Below are positions 1 through 9,499 of a stretch of DNA of 64,000 nt, piece by piece. The notes under the pieces are model-generated. The model was not told the origin of the DNA and made no database searches. It was given only the letters and a program-made list of their open reading frames with translations. A program made the position numbers and the translations under genes. Source of the DNA: an uncultured bacterium (lineage in GTDB: Bacteria > Chloroflexota > UBA5177 > JANWHV01); assembly GCA_963827235.1 (NCBI GenBank), contig CAWHAE010000016.1, positions 448,001 through 512,000 of the forward strand, in the 5' to 3' direction. Every line of letters starts with the position of its first letter. The first letter of the stretch is position 1.

Positions 1-1997
1 GTATTGGTCATCGTGCCGGGCTCCTCAGCATACGCCGCCGAAGGTAGGACGACGTCGGCGCTGACGGTAAGAGCCGACGTTCGCGAGGCCTGCACGACCT
101 TGAACGCCTTGCTCTGGACGGCGGCCATAGCCTCGGGCACGCCATCGGCGAGCGGATCCAGGTCCAGAATATAGAGTGCCTGGATTGCTCCCTGCGACAG
201 CCCGGCGTAGAGGTCGCTCTCCGTGTGCCCGACCGCAACTACCGGGAGGGACCCCCAGGCCTGCGACAGCCTCGTCGCGACGCTCTGGTCCGACGCCGCG
301 GCACCGCCGGCGAGCCACTCGGCGTGAGCGCCCATCTCACATGCTCCCCTGGCATTAGCGCCGGAGGCGAGTGCAAGCGGCAAAGCAGCATCGCCGCCTT
401 CGGCGGAGGTCGCCAGGCGTCTCGCCAGGGCGTGGAGAGCGGCAAGAAGATCCTGATCGTTGCGGCCTTGCATCAGACGCTCGTCGTACACCACGACGGC
501 CTTGCGGACCTTGCCGAGCACGGCGACCGCCTGATCATACGGGCCGGGGTCTGTCGCGACAGCGGCAGAAAGCGCAGCGCCGGCGAGGGCCTTTGCCGCG
601 GACTCGAGGCCCTCCGCCACGGAGCCGGCAGAAGCCGCTCGGCCGACGGCTGCATCCGCGGGAGCGTCCTGGCCGCCAGCGGAGTCACCGTCCAAGGCTG
701 AAAGAAGCGCATACAGGCTCTCGGCGGGATTTGCCGGATCCAGTGAGGCGCGGGCTCGGCTGAGATAGTCAAGGCCGGTCGGCTCGCCGGACAGAACGAC
801 CAGAGGCACCTCGCGACGCTTGACCTGCTTCTTAATTCGGAGGTCCAGCACGTGCTGCCGGGCAATCGGATCGGCATCCACCAGGACGATCGCATCGGCT
901 GTCTCCAGGTCGCTTATCCTGCCGCCGCCGAGCACCGCGGTAGGTGCCGGAGAGCAGTGAGGCACGAGCATGTTGGCCGAACGAAGCACCGTGCGAAATA
1001 GCCGTCCCAGCAAATAGTATTGCTCGTTGGTCGCCCGCGGTCCCGCCAGAGCGGCAACGCCCGACGCCCCGGCGCGCCGCAATCCGTCGGCAGCGGCCTG
1101 CAGCGCCTCGTCCCAGGAAGCCGTCTCGAGCACTCCGTTCCGCCGCACCATGGGAGAGGTGATTCGGTCGCCGAGGCGCTGCCTCTCCAGTGTGCCGTAG
1201 CGGCCCTTGTCGCACAGCCAGCCGTCGTCGACGTCGAGGTTCTCTCGAATCATCAGCCGCATCAGCTCGTTCCGGCGTGTGTCGAGCCGCACGTTGCAGC
1301 CCACGCTGCATCCGGGACAGATGCTCGGCGTGTGCTCGAGATCCCACGGACGGGCACGAAATCGATAGGCGCGCGCGGTCAGGGCACCGACCGGACACAA
1401 CTCGGTCGTATTGCCGGCGAAAACGGAGTCGAACGGCCGATCGGGGAACACGTTGACTTCAGTCTTGCCGCCCCTGTTCAGCAGCACCAGCTGCGGATCG
1501 TCCGCCACGTCCTCCATGAAGCGCACGCAGAGCTGGCACACAATGCACCGCTCCCGATCCAGCATGATCTGAGGCCCGATTGGTAGGTGCTTCTGGAAAT
1601 GTCGCTTCTCCTCGCGGTAGCGGCTCTTGCCCGGACCGTACTTGAACGTCAGATTCTGCAGAGGGCACTCGCCGCCTTTGTCGCAGATAGGGCAGTCGAG
1701 CGGATGGTTGATCAGCAAGAACTCGAGGATACCCTGCTGAGTCTTGACGACGTCCGGTGTGATGGTATGCACGACCATGCCCGGCGCCACGGGAGTGGCA
1801 CAGGCGGGAGGAAAACCCTTGGCGCGCTCGACGGCCACCAGGCACATGCGGCACGCGCCCAGCGGCGCCATCTTCCGACTGTAGCAGAAGGTCGGGATCT
1901 CGATACCGAGCTTCTCGGCCGCGTGCAGGATCGTCGTCCCCGGCGGGACCGACACCTCACGACCGTCTATCGTCAACGTCACGTCTTGCTGTTGCAT
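1..1997 (-). CDS. nuoG: NADH-quinone oxidoreductase subunit G (3' end runs off the window; absent from the ORF track)
   Basis: Manual translation from ATG 1997: MQQQDVTLTIDGREV...FCYSRKMAPLGACRMC...HPLDCPICDKGGECPLQ...CIVCQLCVRF...CPVGAL...CPGCSVGC; open to base 1; directly after nuoF. Confidence 0.95.
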   Translation of the reverse strand, partial: MQQQDVTLTIDGREVSVPPGTTILHAAEKLGIEIPTFCYSRKMAPLGACRMCLVAVERAKGFPPACATPVAPGMVVHTITPDVVKTQQGILEFLLINHPLDCPICDKGGECPLQNLTFKYGPGKSRYREEKRHFQKHLPIGPQIMLDRERCIVCQLCVRFMEDVADDPQLVLLNRGGKTEVNVFPDRPFDSVFAGNTTELCPVGALTARAYRFRARPWDLEHTPSICPGCSVGCNVRLDTRRNELMRLMIRENLDVDDGWLCDKGRYGTLERQRLGDRITSPMVRRNGVLETASWDEALQAAADGLRRAGASGVAALAGPRATNEQYYLLGRLFRTVLRSANMLVPHCSPAPTAVLGGGRISDLETADAIVLVDADPIARQHVLDLRIKKQVKRREVPLVVLSGEPTGLDYLSRARASLDPANPAESLYALLSALDGDSAGGQDAPADAAVGRAASAGSVAEGLESAAKALAGAALSAAVATDPGPYDQAVAVLGKVRKAVVVYDERLMQGRNDQDLLAALHALARRLATSAEGGDAALPLALASGANARGACEMGAHAEWLAGGAAASDQSVATRLSQAWGSLPVVAVGHTESDLYAGLSQGAIQALYILDLDPLADGVPEAMAAVQSKAFKVVQASRTSALTVSADVVLPSAAYAEEPGTMTN

Positions 1998-2000
1998 GCT

Positions 2001-3287
2001 CTACACTCCAGCCGCGGCGAGGGCCTCGGGCATCCGGCAGACATACCCCGCGACGTGTCGCTCGTATTCGTCGCGGAAGTACTTCACACTGCTGGCAACC
2101 GGCCCGGTGGCGAATTCACCCAGCGCGCAGAGACTCTTCCCGGCGATGTTTTCACAGATGTTGACAAGCAGATCTACGTCGGCCATGGTGCCCAGGCCGG
2201 TCTCCATGCGCTCCAGGATCCTGGCCATCCACGGACAGCCTTCCCGGCACGGCGTACACTTTCCGCACGACTCGTGCGCAAAGAATTGCGTGGCACGCAA
2301 GGTGAAGTCTATGATGCACTGCCGGTCGTCGAGCACGATCATGGCGCCGGCACCAAGTGCACTGCCTATCTTGGCGACCGCGTCGATGTCGGCAGGAGTG
2401 TCCTGTTGCGAGGCCGGCAGAATAGGCGGCTCAGCGCCGAGCATGAGAGCCTTGAGCGGATGCGCTGCATCCTGCATGCCGCCGGCCATCTCGATAAGCT
2501 CTCTGAACGTCGTGCCCATTGGCGCTTCATAGTTTTCCGGATTGCGCACGTTCCCCGAGATCGAGAACACCTTCGTGCCCGGGCAGGTAGGCGATCCGAT
2601 GCCTAGGAACCAGTCGGCCCCATTGCGAACGATGTGCGGCACATTGCTCAGCGTTTCCACGTTGTTTACGACGGTCGGCCGCTGATAGAGGCCCTTGATT
2701 GCCGGAAACGGAGGACGCTGACGGGGTTGGCCCCGGCTACCCTCCATACATTCGATGAGCGCGGTCTCTTCGCCTACCTCGTACGAGCCGGCACCACGCT
2801 GCACGAGCAAATCCAAGTCGTAGCCACTGCCGAGGATGTTCCTGCCGAGATAGCCTTTCCTGTATGCCTCTCCAACAGCCGCGTCGAGGCGTTGCCAGGC
2901 GTGCAGATACTCGCCGCGAATCAGTATGAAGGCGTTTCGGGCTCCTATGGCATAGGATGTGAGGATGCAGCCCTCCAGCAGCTGATGCGGGTTGAATTCC
3001 ATCAGCAATCTGTTGTTGAACGCCCCCGGCGTGCCTTCGTCGGCATTGCAGAGCAGGTACTTCTCGAGCGCAGGATCCTTGGGCAGGAAGCTCCACTTCC
3101 GACCGGCGGGAAAGCCCGCGCCGCCGCGGCCCCGAAGGTTCGCCTTGATCACCATGTCGGTGATTTCCTTCGGCTGCATCTCCTTGAGCGCCCGGCGCAG
3201 TGCCGTGTACCCGTCGTGCTGCTCGTACACGTCGATCCGCTCAATGCCAGGCACGCCCCGATGCTTGGTCAAGATTAGTTCCGGCAT
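2001..3287 (-). CDS. nuoF: NADH-quinone oxidoreductase subunit F
   Basis: LRGRGGAGFPAGRKW, GEETAL, NNVET, ESCGKCTPCREG...CALG motifs. Confidence 0.96.
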   Translation of the reverse strand: MPELILTKHRGVPGIERIDVYEQHDGYTALRRALKEMQPKEITDMVIKANLRGRGGAGFPAGRKWSFLPKDPALEKYLLCNADEGTPGAFNNRLLMEFNPHQLLEGCILTSYAIGARNAFILIRGEYLHAWQRLDAAVGEAYRKGYLGRNILGSGYDLDLLVQRGAGSYEVGEETALIECMEGSRGQPRQRPPFPAIKGLYQRPTVVNNVETLSNVPHIVRNGADWFLGIGSPTCPGTKVFSISGNVRNPENYEAPMGTTFRELIEMAGGMQDAAHPLKALMLGAEPPILPASQQDTPADIDAVAKIGSALGAGAMIVLDDRQCIIDFTLRATQFFAHESCGKCTPCREGCPWMARILERMETGLGTMADVDLLVNICENIAGKSLCALGEFATGPVASSVKYFRDEYERHVAGYVCRMPEALAAAGV

Positions 3288-3327
3288 CCAACCCTCCGGC
3301 TCCGGCCTTCCGGCAACGAGAGCTGAA

Positions 3328-3795
3328 TCATACGAACCGGTCGAGCGCCGCGTCGATTGCTTCCGGCGTATCGAGGGGCCCGAACGGCTCCAAGTCGATT
3401 TCCATCATGGGAGCACGCTCGCACTGCCCAAGACACTCGACCGCGTGAACGTAAAACCTGCCATCGGCGGTGGTAGCGCCCGGCTCGACCTTCAGCTTGT
3501 CGAGCACATAGGCCAAAACCTTGTCACACCCGCGCGCCTTGCACGATAGGTTCGTGCAGACATCAATCGTGTGCCGGCCCACGGGCTGCTTGAAGAACAT
3601 CGTGTAGTAGCTGGCCACCGACTTAACATCAGCAGGCGTCAATCGCAGCAGATCGCCCACCTCCGCCATCGATTCCTCGCTCACATGGCCTTCCGCATCC
3701 TGGACCAGATACAGAGAAGGCAGCAGCGCCGATCGTCGATGGGGATAGCGCTCGATGAGCTCGACTATACGTGTGCGGGTTGCCTCTGACAGCAT
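3328..3795 (-). CDS. nuoE: NADH-quinone oxidoreductase subunit E
   Basis: 2Fe-2S motif CTNLSC...ECLGQC; operon position. Confidence 0.96.
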   Translation of the reverse strand: MLSEATRTRIVELIERYPHRRSALLPSLYLVQDAEGHVSEESMAEVGDLLRLTPADVKSVASYYTMFFKQPVGRHTIDVCTNLSCKARGCDKVLAYVLDKLKVEPGATTADGRFYVHAVECLGQCERAPMMEIDLEPFGPLDTPEAIDAALDRFV

Positions 3796-3871
3796 CTCTT
3801 CTCTTACCTACACGTGCGCCGCTCACGCCGAGCGGCCTTCGCTCCGTATCGTCCCAACCTCGGACGCCCGG

Positions 3872-5114
3872 CTACCGGTCGATCTCTCCCAGGATGATGT
3901 CGATGGTTCCGATAATCGCCACGACGTCGGCGACCAGATGGCCCTTGCACATGAGTGGTAGCACCTGCAGGTTGGCAAACGAAGGCGCGCGCACGTGGCA
4001 GCGTCGTGGCTTGTTTGTGCCGTCGCTCACCACATACACCTCCAGCGCACCTCGAGGTGACTCGGCTGCCGCCAGCGCTTCGCCAATCGGAGGGTGCAAG
4101 CCCTCGGTGAGCAGCTTGAAATGATGAATCACCGCCTCCATGCTTGACGCCAGCTCTTCCTTGGGCGGCGGCACGACCTTGCGGTCGTCGGAGCGGATCG
4201 GACCACCGGGCATCATATCCAGGCACTGCGCGACAATGCGTTGTGACTCACGGAGCTCGGCCACGCGGCAGACATAGCGTGCGTAGCAATCGCCTTCGCT
4301 GCGCACAGGCACGTCGAAACGGATCTGATCGTACACAAGGTACGGCATCGTCTTGCGGAGATCCCAGTCCACTCCGGACGCTCGGAGCAGCGGGCCTGTG
4401 ACGCCAAAGCGAGTCGCATCCTCGACGCTTAGCTTGCCGACCCCTTGCAGCCGCTCCTTCCAAATGCCGTTTCGCGTCAGCAGCCGCTCGTATTCGTCGA
4501 CACGCGCCGGAAACTTGTCGTTGAAGGCGCGCACCCTGTCCAGCCAGCCGTCCGGTGCTTCCTGCTCAATTCCAGCCAAAGCGGATGTAGCTGGTCATCA
4601 TGCGCTGGCCGGTAAGCTCTTCGAACAAGTCGAGCATCAGCTCGCGCTCGCGGAAGCAGTAGAGAAACACCGTCATCGCGCCGAGGTCCAAGGCGTGAGT
4701 GCCAAGCCAGACAAGGTGGCTGGTGATTCGCGTCATCTCCGCCAGCATCACTCGCATCCATTGGGCCCTGGCAGGCACGTCTACGCCGAGCAGCTTCTCG
4801 ACCGCCATGCAGTACACCAGGTTGTTGCCCAGGGGGTTGAGGTAGTCCATGCGATCGGTGCAGGTGAGTGCAGCCTCATATCGCTTGCACTGGATCGTCT
4901 TCTCGATGCCGGTGTGCAGGTAACCGATGTCCGGCTCGGCGTTGACCACTGTCTCGCCGTCGAGGGTCAGAATGACCCTTAGGACGCCGTGCGTGCTCGG
5001 ATGCTGCGGTCCCATGTTGACGACCATGTAGTCGGACTCGTCGCGTATCTCGGGGCGCTCGACAACCGCGGTCCGACCGCCATCCTGTTCGATTATGCGT
5101 GTCTCAGTAAGCAC
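3872..5114 (-). CDS. nuoD: NADH-quinone oxidoreductase subunit D (apparent +1 frameshift near 4575, probably a sequencing error)
   Basis: NMGPQHPSTHGVLR in 4566..5114; C-terminal DIILGEIDR in 3872..4579; removing one base restores YIRFGGIEQE. Confidence 0.93.
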
Positions 5115-5159
5115 TGGCTCTGTCCATTCACTGTCTGCAGGCGGGAGCCATGGGCGATG

Positions 5160-5699
5160 CTACGACGTGAACCCGACTTCCTCGCCGCCCAAGGGATGGT
5201 CAAACCGGAGAGGGTGACCCTGCCAGTCCTCCGGCAACAGCAGGCGACGCAGATTAGGATGCTCGCTGAACCGAATGCCGAACAGATCGAACACCTCGCG
5301 CTCGAACCAATTCGCGCCCGCGTGGATCGACGTCACGCTCGGCACCTCTGGGTTGGGCACGTCCTCCACCTCGACCTTAAGGCGAAACCTATCGACCCGC
5401 GACCGCGATAGCAGGCTATAGACCACTTCCCAGCGCGGCGAGCGCGGCAGCAGATCCACGGCGGTAACGTCCAGAAGGACATTCAACGTCGTGCCGGGGT
5501 CATCCCGCAAGACTCTGCAGGCGTCGACGATCAGACCGGCGGGTACTACCGCCCAGTCGGCACCGAATGCGCTGACCGCTCGAATAGATACCCCGGGGAA
5601 CGCGGCACGCAGTGCCAGCACCGCGACGTTGTTCTCGGCCGGGCTAGTCGCGACTGCCTCGGGACTGGGGGTCTCGAGTTGCGATTCACTTGCAGCCAT
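5160..5699 (-). CDS. nuoC: NADH-quinone oxidoreductase subunit C
   Basis: WFEREVFDLFGIRFSEHPNLRRLLLPEDWQGHPLR motif. Confidence 0.96.
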   Translation of the reverse strand: MAASESQLETPSPEAVATSPAENNVAVLALRAAFPGVSIRAVSAFGADWAVVPAGLIVDACRVLRDDPGTTLNVLLDVTAVDLLPRSPRWEVVYSLLSRSRVDRFRLKVEVEDVPNPEVPSVTSIHAGANWFEREVFDLFGIRFSEHPNLRRLLLPEDWQGHPLRFDHPLGGEEVGFTS

Positions 5700-5702
5700 A
5701 TG

Positions 5703-6188
5703 CTAGCTCGCCCGCCGAAGAACCAGGCGCTCGCGCATGATCTTCTCATGTAGCTTCAGCACGGCGTCCATGAGCGCCTCCGGTCTTGGCGGGCAGCCAG
5801 GGACATAGACGTCGACGGGCACAATCTTGTCGACGCCCTGGATCACGGCATAGTTGTTGAAGACGCCGCCCGACGAAGCACAGGCGCCCATCGAGATGAC
5901 CCACTTGGGCTCGGGCATCTGGTCGTAGATCTGGCGCAGCACAGGCGCCATCTTCTGGCACACGCGGCCGGATACTATCATGAGGTCTGCCTGCCGCGGC
6001 GAGGCTCGGAACAACTCCGATCCGAACCGCGCCAGATCGTACTTGCTGGCGCCCGTAGACATCATCTCGATAGCGCAGCATGCCAGCCCGAACAACGCGG
6101 GCCACAGGGACGACTTCCGTCCCCAATCCGCGACCTGTTCGATTGTGGTGGTGATGATGCTGTCACCAAAGGCAGTCTCTAATCCCAC
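5703..6188 (-). CDS. nuoB: NADH-quinone oxidoreductase subunit B
   Basis: [33 protein letters not shown]; GTG 6188 overlaps the nuoA stop. Confidence 0.95.
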   Translation of the reverse strand: MGLETAFGDSIITTTIEQVADWGRKSSLWPALFGLACCAIEMMSTGASKYDLARFGSELFRASPRQADLMIVSGRVCQKMAPVLRQIYDQMPEPKWVISMGACASSGGVFNNYAVIQGVDKIVPVDVYVPGCPPRPEALMDAVLKLHEKIMRERLVLRRAS

Positions 6189-6544
6189 TCCAGCACTCCC
6201 TTTCGCCAGATATAGAGCAAGCCGAGGAGAAGCACGATCACGAATACTAGCATCTCCTCGAACCCGAAGACCTTGAGATGCTTGAGCCACACCGCCCAAG
6301 GATAAAGGAAAATGGCTTCGATATCGAACACGATGAACAGCATGGCCATCAGGTAGAACTTCACAGGGAAGCGCTGCCGTGCCGGAGTCACCGGAACGAT
6401 GCCGCATTCATACGGCGCGAGCTTGGCCGGCGTGGGCCTTCGCGGACCAAAGAATATGGACACACAGGTCAGCACGACCGCCAAGGCCGCGGCTAGACCC
6501 ATGATGATCAGGATCGGCGCAAACGCAGTGAGGTCATTGGTCAT
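6179..6544 (-). CDS. nuoA: NADH-quinone oxidoreductase subunit A
   Basis: [28 protein letters not shown]; ATG 6544 after GGAGAGGG RBS (the longer ORF-track start is not used). Confidence 0.95.
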   Translation of the reverse strand: MTNDLTAFAPILIIMGLAAALAVVLTCVSIFFGPRRPTPAKLAPYECGIVPVTPARQRFPVKFYLMAMLFIVFDIEAIFLYPWAVWLKHLKVFGFEEMLVFVIVLLLGLLYIWRKGVLEWD

Positions 6545-7020
6545 GACGATCCCCTCTCCAGAACCCAGTTCCGTGAAAGGTCGGCGATGGTACCGCGTCA
6601 GGGGGCTGTCCGGTGAATCAGACGCAGCACCATCTGAGTATACCAAAAGGCATCTCTTCGGTGTTATCCAATTCGAAATTGCGTAGCTTGCGAAAGCCAC
6701 GCGAAGGCAACTTGCCTCAAACCGCGGTACCGCCGTATAGTGCGAATGTGGCACTCCCGGGTTACCGGGCAGGGCCGCTACTTGCCTGGCTACAGTGACG
6801 AGCCGGCGTCGTCCCGCGGTGCCACTCATGCGGGATGGCGTTGTCGCTCGATCGGGCGCGCGACGAGCAGGCAGGAAAGCCGTGGTAAGGACAGGCATGA
6901 CATACGTGCTCCACACTGTGAGCACGTGCCGGTTGGAGGCTGGTCGGGCTGAGCCCGGCGCGTAGCCCGTGTTTCGGGAGAATCGCAAGCGTCGACGGCG
7001 ACCAAGAAACTGAGGAAAGC

Positions 7021-8133
7021 ATGCGACCATTCGCGATTGATTGGGGATTGGCGAGTCTTGCCCTTGGTCCGCTTACGGGGCGACCCGTCATGGCGTACTA
7101 CTACGTGACGTACAAATGTACGGCGCGCTGTACGTTCTGCAATATCCCCGACGGGCCAATGGATGTCATACCTGTGTCGAAGTACGCTACAACGGCGCAG
7201 AGTATAGAGCATTTCCGCGTCCTCAAGAGCATCGGCGTACGAATAGTAGACTTCACCGGCGGCGAGCCGCTACTCAAGAAGAATCTCCCGGTGCTGCTCA
7301 AGGCGGCGAAGGACATGGGTCTGGCTACCCAGCTGACGACCAACTGCACGCTGTATCCGCGACGCGCGCGCGAGCTGCAGGGATTGATCGACATTCTGAA
7401 CTTCTCTCTGGTTGGCCCCACGGCGTCGGTGCACAATCCCATTCGGCGGGACTGCAGTTTTGACGACGTGATTCGGAGCATGGGCATCGCTCGCGAGCTG
7501 GGCGAGCCCTATCAGCTCATATTCGTGCTCACAAACAGCAATATCGACCAGCTTCAGCCGATGATCGAGCTCACTCGCGAGCATCAGGCGATTCTCAAGA
7601 TTCAGCCGGAATTCGATCTCTTCGGCAACGGCAACGTAGACCTGCGCAACGTGCGCGCGGCCGAGAAAATGGCGCGAGAGAACAACGTCTATGTGAACAT
7701 GGCCGAGACGAGCATCTTCGAGACCGGCAACATGAAAGAGAACCCGCGTTGCCGAGCAGCGAATGCTGTCATCGTGGTGTCGCCGGATGGCTACGTACTC
7801 TACCCGTGCTACCACATGGTAACGACGAAGATACCGCTTGACCGGAACTTCGCGAGACTCGTCCGATCCAACAAGTGGAAGCAAATGCAGGACGAGGTAG
7901 GCACGTTCAGCTTCTGCGACGGCTGCCGGAATCTCTGCTATTTGCACCCATCGTTCACCTACAAGTACGATCGGCTCTTCGTGCTCAGCGCGCTCTCAGA
8001 CTACCGGTACTTGCGCGAACGCAGGCGGATCGAGGCGGAGCGAGTGGCTGCCCTGGCCGCGATGAGCAGTGAAGAGAACGGGGAGGCTGCGGCCACCGCT
8101 CCAGCCCACATCTCAATGGCTGCCGGCAGGTAG
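7021..8133 (+). CDS. Radical SAM protein with C-terminal SPASM/twitch-like Cys cluster, substrate unknown
   Basis: CTARCTFC, FTGGEPLL; C-terminal CRAA...PCYH...CDGCRNLCY; GAGGA RBS. Confidence 0.9.
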   Translation: MRPFAIDWGLASLALGPLTGRPVMAYYYVTYKCTARCTFCNIPDGPMDVIPVSKYATTAQSIEHFRVLKSIGVRIVDFTGGEPLLKKNLPVLLKAAKDMGLATQLTTNCTLYPRRARELQGLIDILNFSLVGPTASVHNPIRRDCSFDDVIRSMGIARELGEPYQLIFVLTNSNIDQLQPMIELTREHQAILKIQPEFDLFGNGNVDLRNVRAAEKMARENNVYVNMAETSIFETGNMKENPRCRAANAVIVVSPDGYVLYPCYHMVTTKIPLDRNFARLVRSNKWKQMQDEVGTFSFCDGCRNLCYLHPSFTYKYDRLFVLSALSDYRYLRERRRIEAERVAALAAMSSEENGEAAATAPAHISMAAGR

Positions 8134-8317
8134 ATAGGCGCGCCTCATCGCCCGCTGGACCATGTACCCTGCGCGACAAGCGGCGGGCCGTTATGCGAAG
8201 AGGTGGTATGGTGCTGCTTGCGAGATTCACTCGCGGCATGCTACACCGTGCAATGTAGCGTGGTACGTATTCGCCTCGAGCTACAGTCGGGCGGCCGCGG
8301 CCGAGTAAGGGCACCTT

Positions 8318-9499
8318 GTGAAGATCGCCATCGCGACCGATTTCCACAGTCCGTGGGTTGGCGGCCCGGCCACATTCATCGACAACTTGACCTCGTATCT
8401 CGCCGCCCGGCAATACCGGGTTGACGTGCTCGCGCCGAGCCTGAACGGCCGGTCAAGCGTTGACCGCTTGACCGGCACTTCGCTTCACCGATTTGGCAGC
8501 GTTGCCGTACCGTTTGGATATGGCATGCGAATGGTGTGGCGTCTGGACAGTGTCGTGGCCGCGCTGCGACGCATCAAGCCGGATGTCATACAGATCCATC
8601 ATCCGTTTCCGCTGGGTGCCACGGCAATGATCGCCTCCCGCAGGCTTGGCATCCCGATCGTGGCGGTGAACCACACTATTCCGGAGTGCTCACTCTACGG
8701 CATGCGATACAGCAAGGCGTATCCGCTTGTCCTCAGGGCATTCCGGTGCTATCTCTCGTGGCTGTTGTCGCAGGCAGACGCGATATGCACCCCAACGAAG
8801 ACTGCCGCTTCCCTGTTGGCTTCACTGGGCGTTCGCCGGTGTGCAGAGGTGATCTCGAACGGCATAGATACTGATCGCTTCAGACCGGCAGAGAATAGAT
8901 CAGCGGCGCGCAGGAACCTCGGGCTGCCCGACATGCCGCTGGTGCTTTACACCGGTAGACTGGATGCCGAAAAGGACATGGAGACCTGGCTGCGAGCCGG
9001 TGCGGCGCTCCTCAAACAGGTCGACGCACATCTCGTCGTTGGAGGCGAGGGGTCGGACCGACCCAGGCTGGAGTCGCTTGTCCGCCGGCTGGGACTCGTA
9101 GGCAAGGTGACGTTTCCCGGCTATCTGCCAGTAGACAGGCTGCCATTGCTCTACCAGGCAGCCAACGTATACTTCATCACCAGCGCCGTGGAGCTGCAGA
9201 GTATCACCACCCTGGAGGCACTTGCGTCGGGCCTGCCGGTGGTGGCCGCCGATGCCGCGGCGCTGCCCGAGCTGGTCGTTCCCGGAGAGAGCGGCTACCT
9301 GGCCAGGCCTGGCGACGTGGAGGCCTTCTGCCATGCGCTGGCAAGTATCTTGCAGTCGGCAGCCACTTCCACGCGGATGGGCGCCGCCGGCAGGCTCATA
9401 GCCGAGCGGCACGACCTCGAGACTGTGGCGCGCCGGCACGAGCAGCTCCTGCTCTCAGTCGCCCGGCACCACGCCGGAGCGAAGGCTTCCAGCGCATGA
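8318..9499 (+). CDS. GT4 glycosyltransferase (diacylglycerol glycosyltransferase-like)
   Basis: MKIAIATD, ISNGID, GRLDAEK, ELQSITTLEALASGLPVV. Confidence 0.9.
   Translation: MKIAIATDFHSPWVGGPATFIDNLTSYLAARQYRVDVLAPSLNGRSSVDRLTGTSLHRFGSVAVPFGYGMRMVWRLDSVVAALRRIKPDVIQIHHPFPLGATAMIASRRLGIPIVAVNHTIPECSLYGMRYSKAYPLVLRAFRCYLSWLLSQADAICTPTKTAASLLASLGVRRCAEVISNGIDTDRFRPAENRSAARRNLGLPDMPLVLYTGRLDAEKDMETWLRAGAALLKQVDAHLVVGGEGSDRPRLESLVRRLGLVGKVTFPGYLPVDRLPLLYQAANVYFITSAVELQSITTLEALASGLPVVAADAAALPELVVPGESGYLARPGDVEAFCHALASILQSAATSTRMGAAGRLIAERHDLETVARRHEQLLLSVARHHAGAKASSA

Noticed and set aside
6545-7020. Regulator site in the nuoA/radical SAM divergent region (AATTCGAAATT near-palindrome at ~6670-6680)
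   Set aside because: A single short element that matches neither Rex nor Fnr/Crp consensus well; insufficient support.
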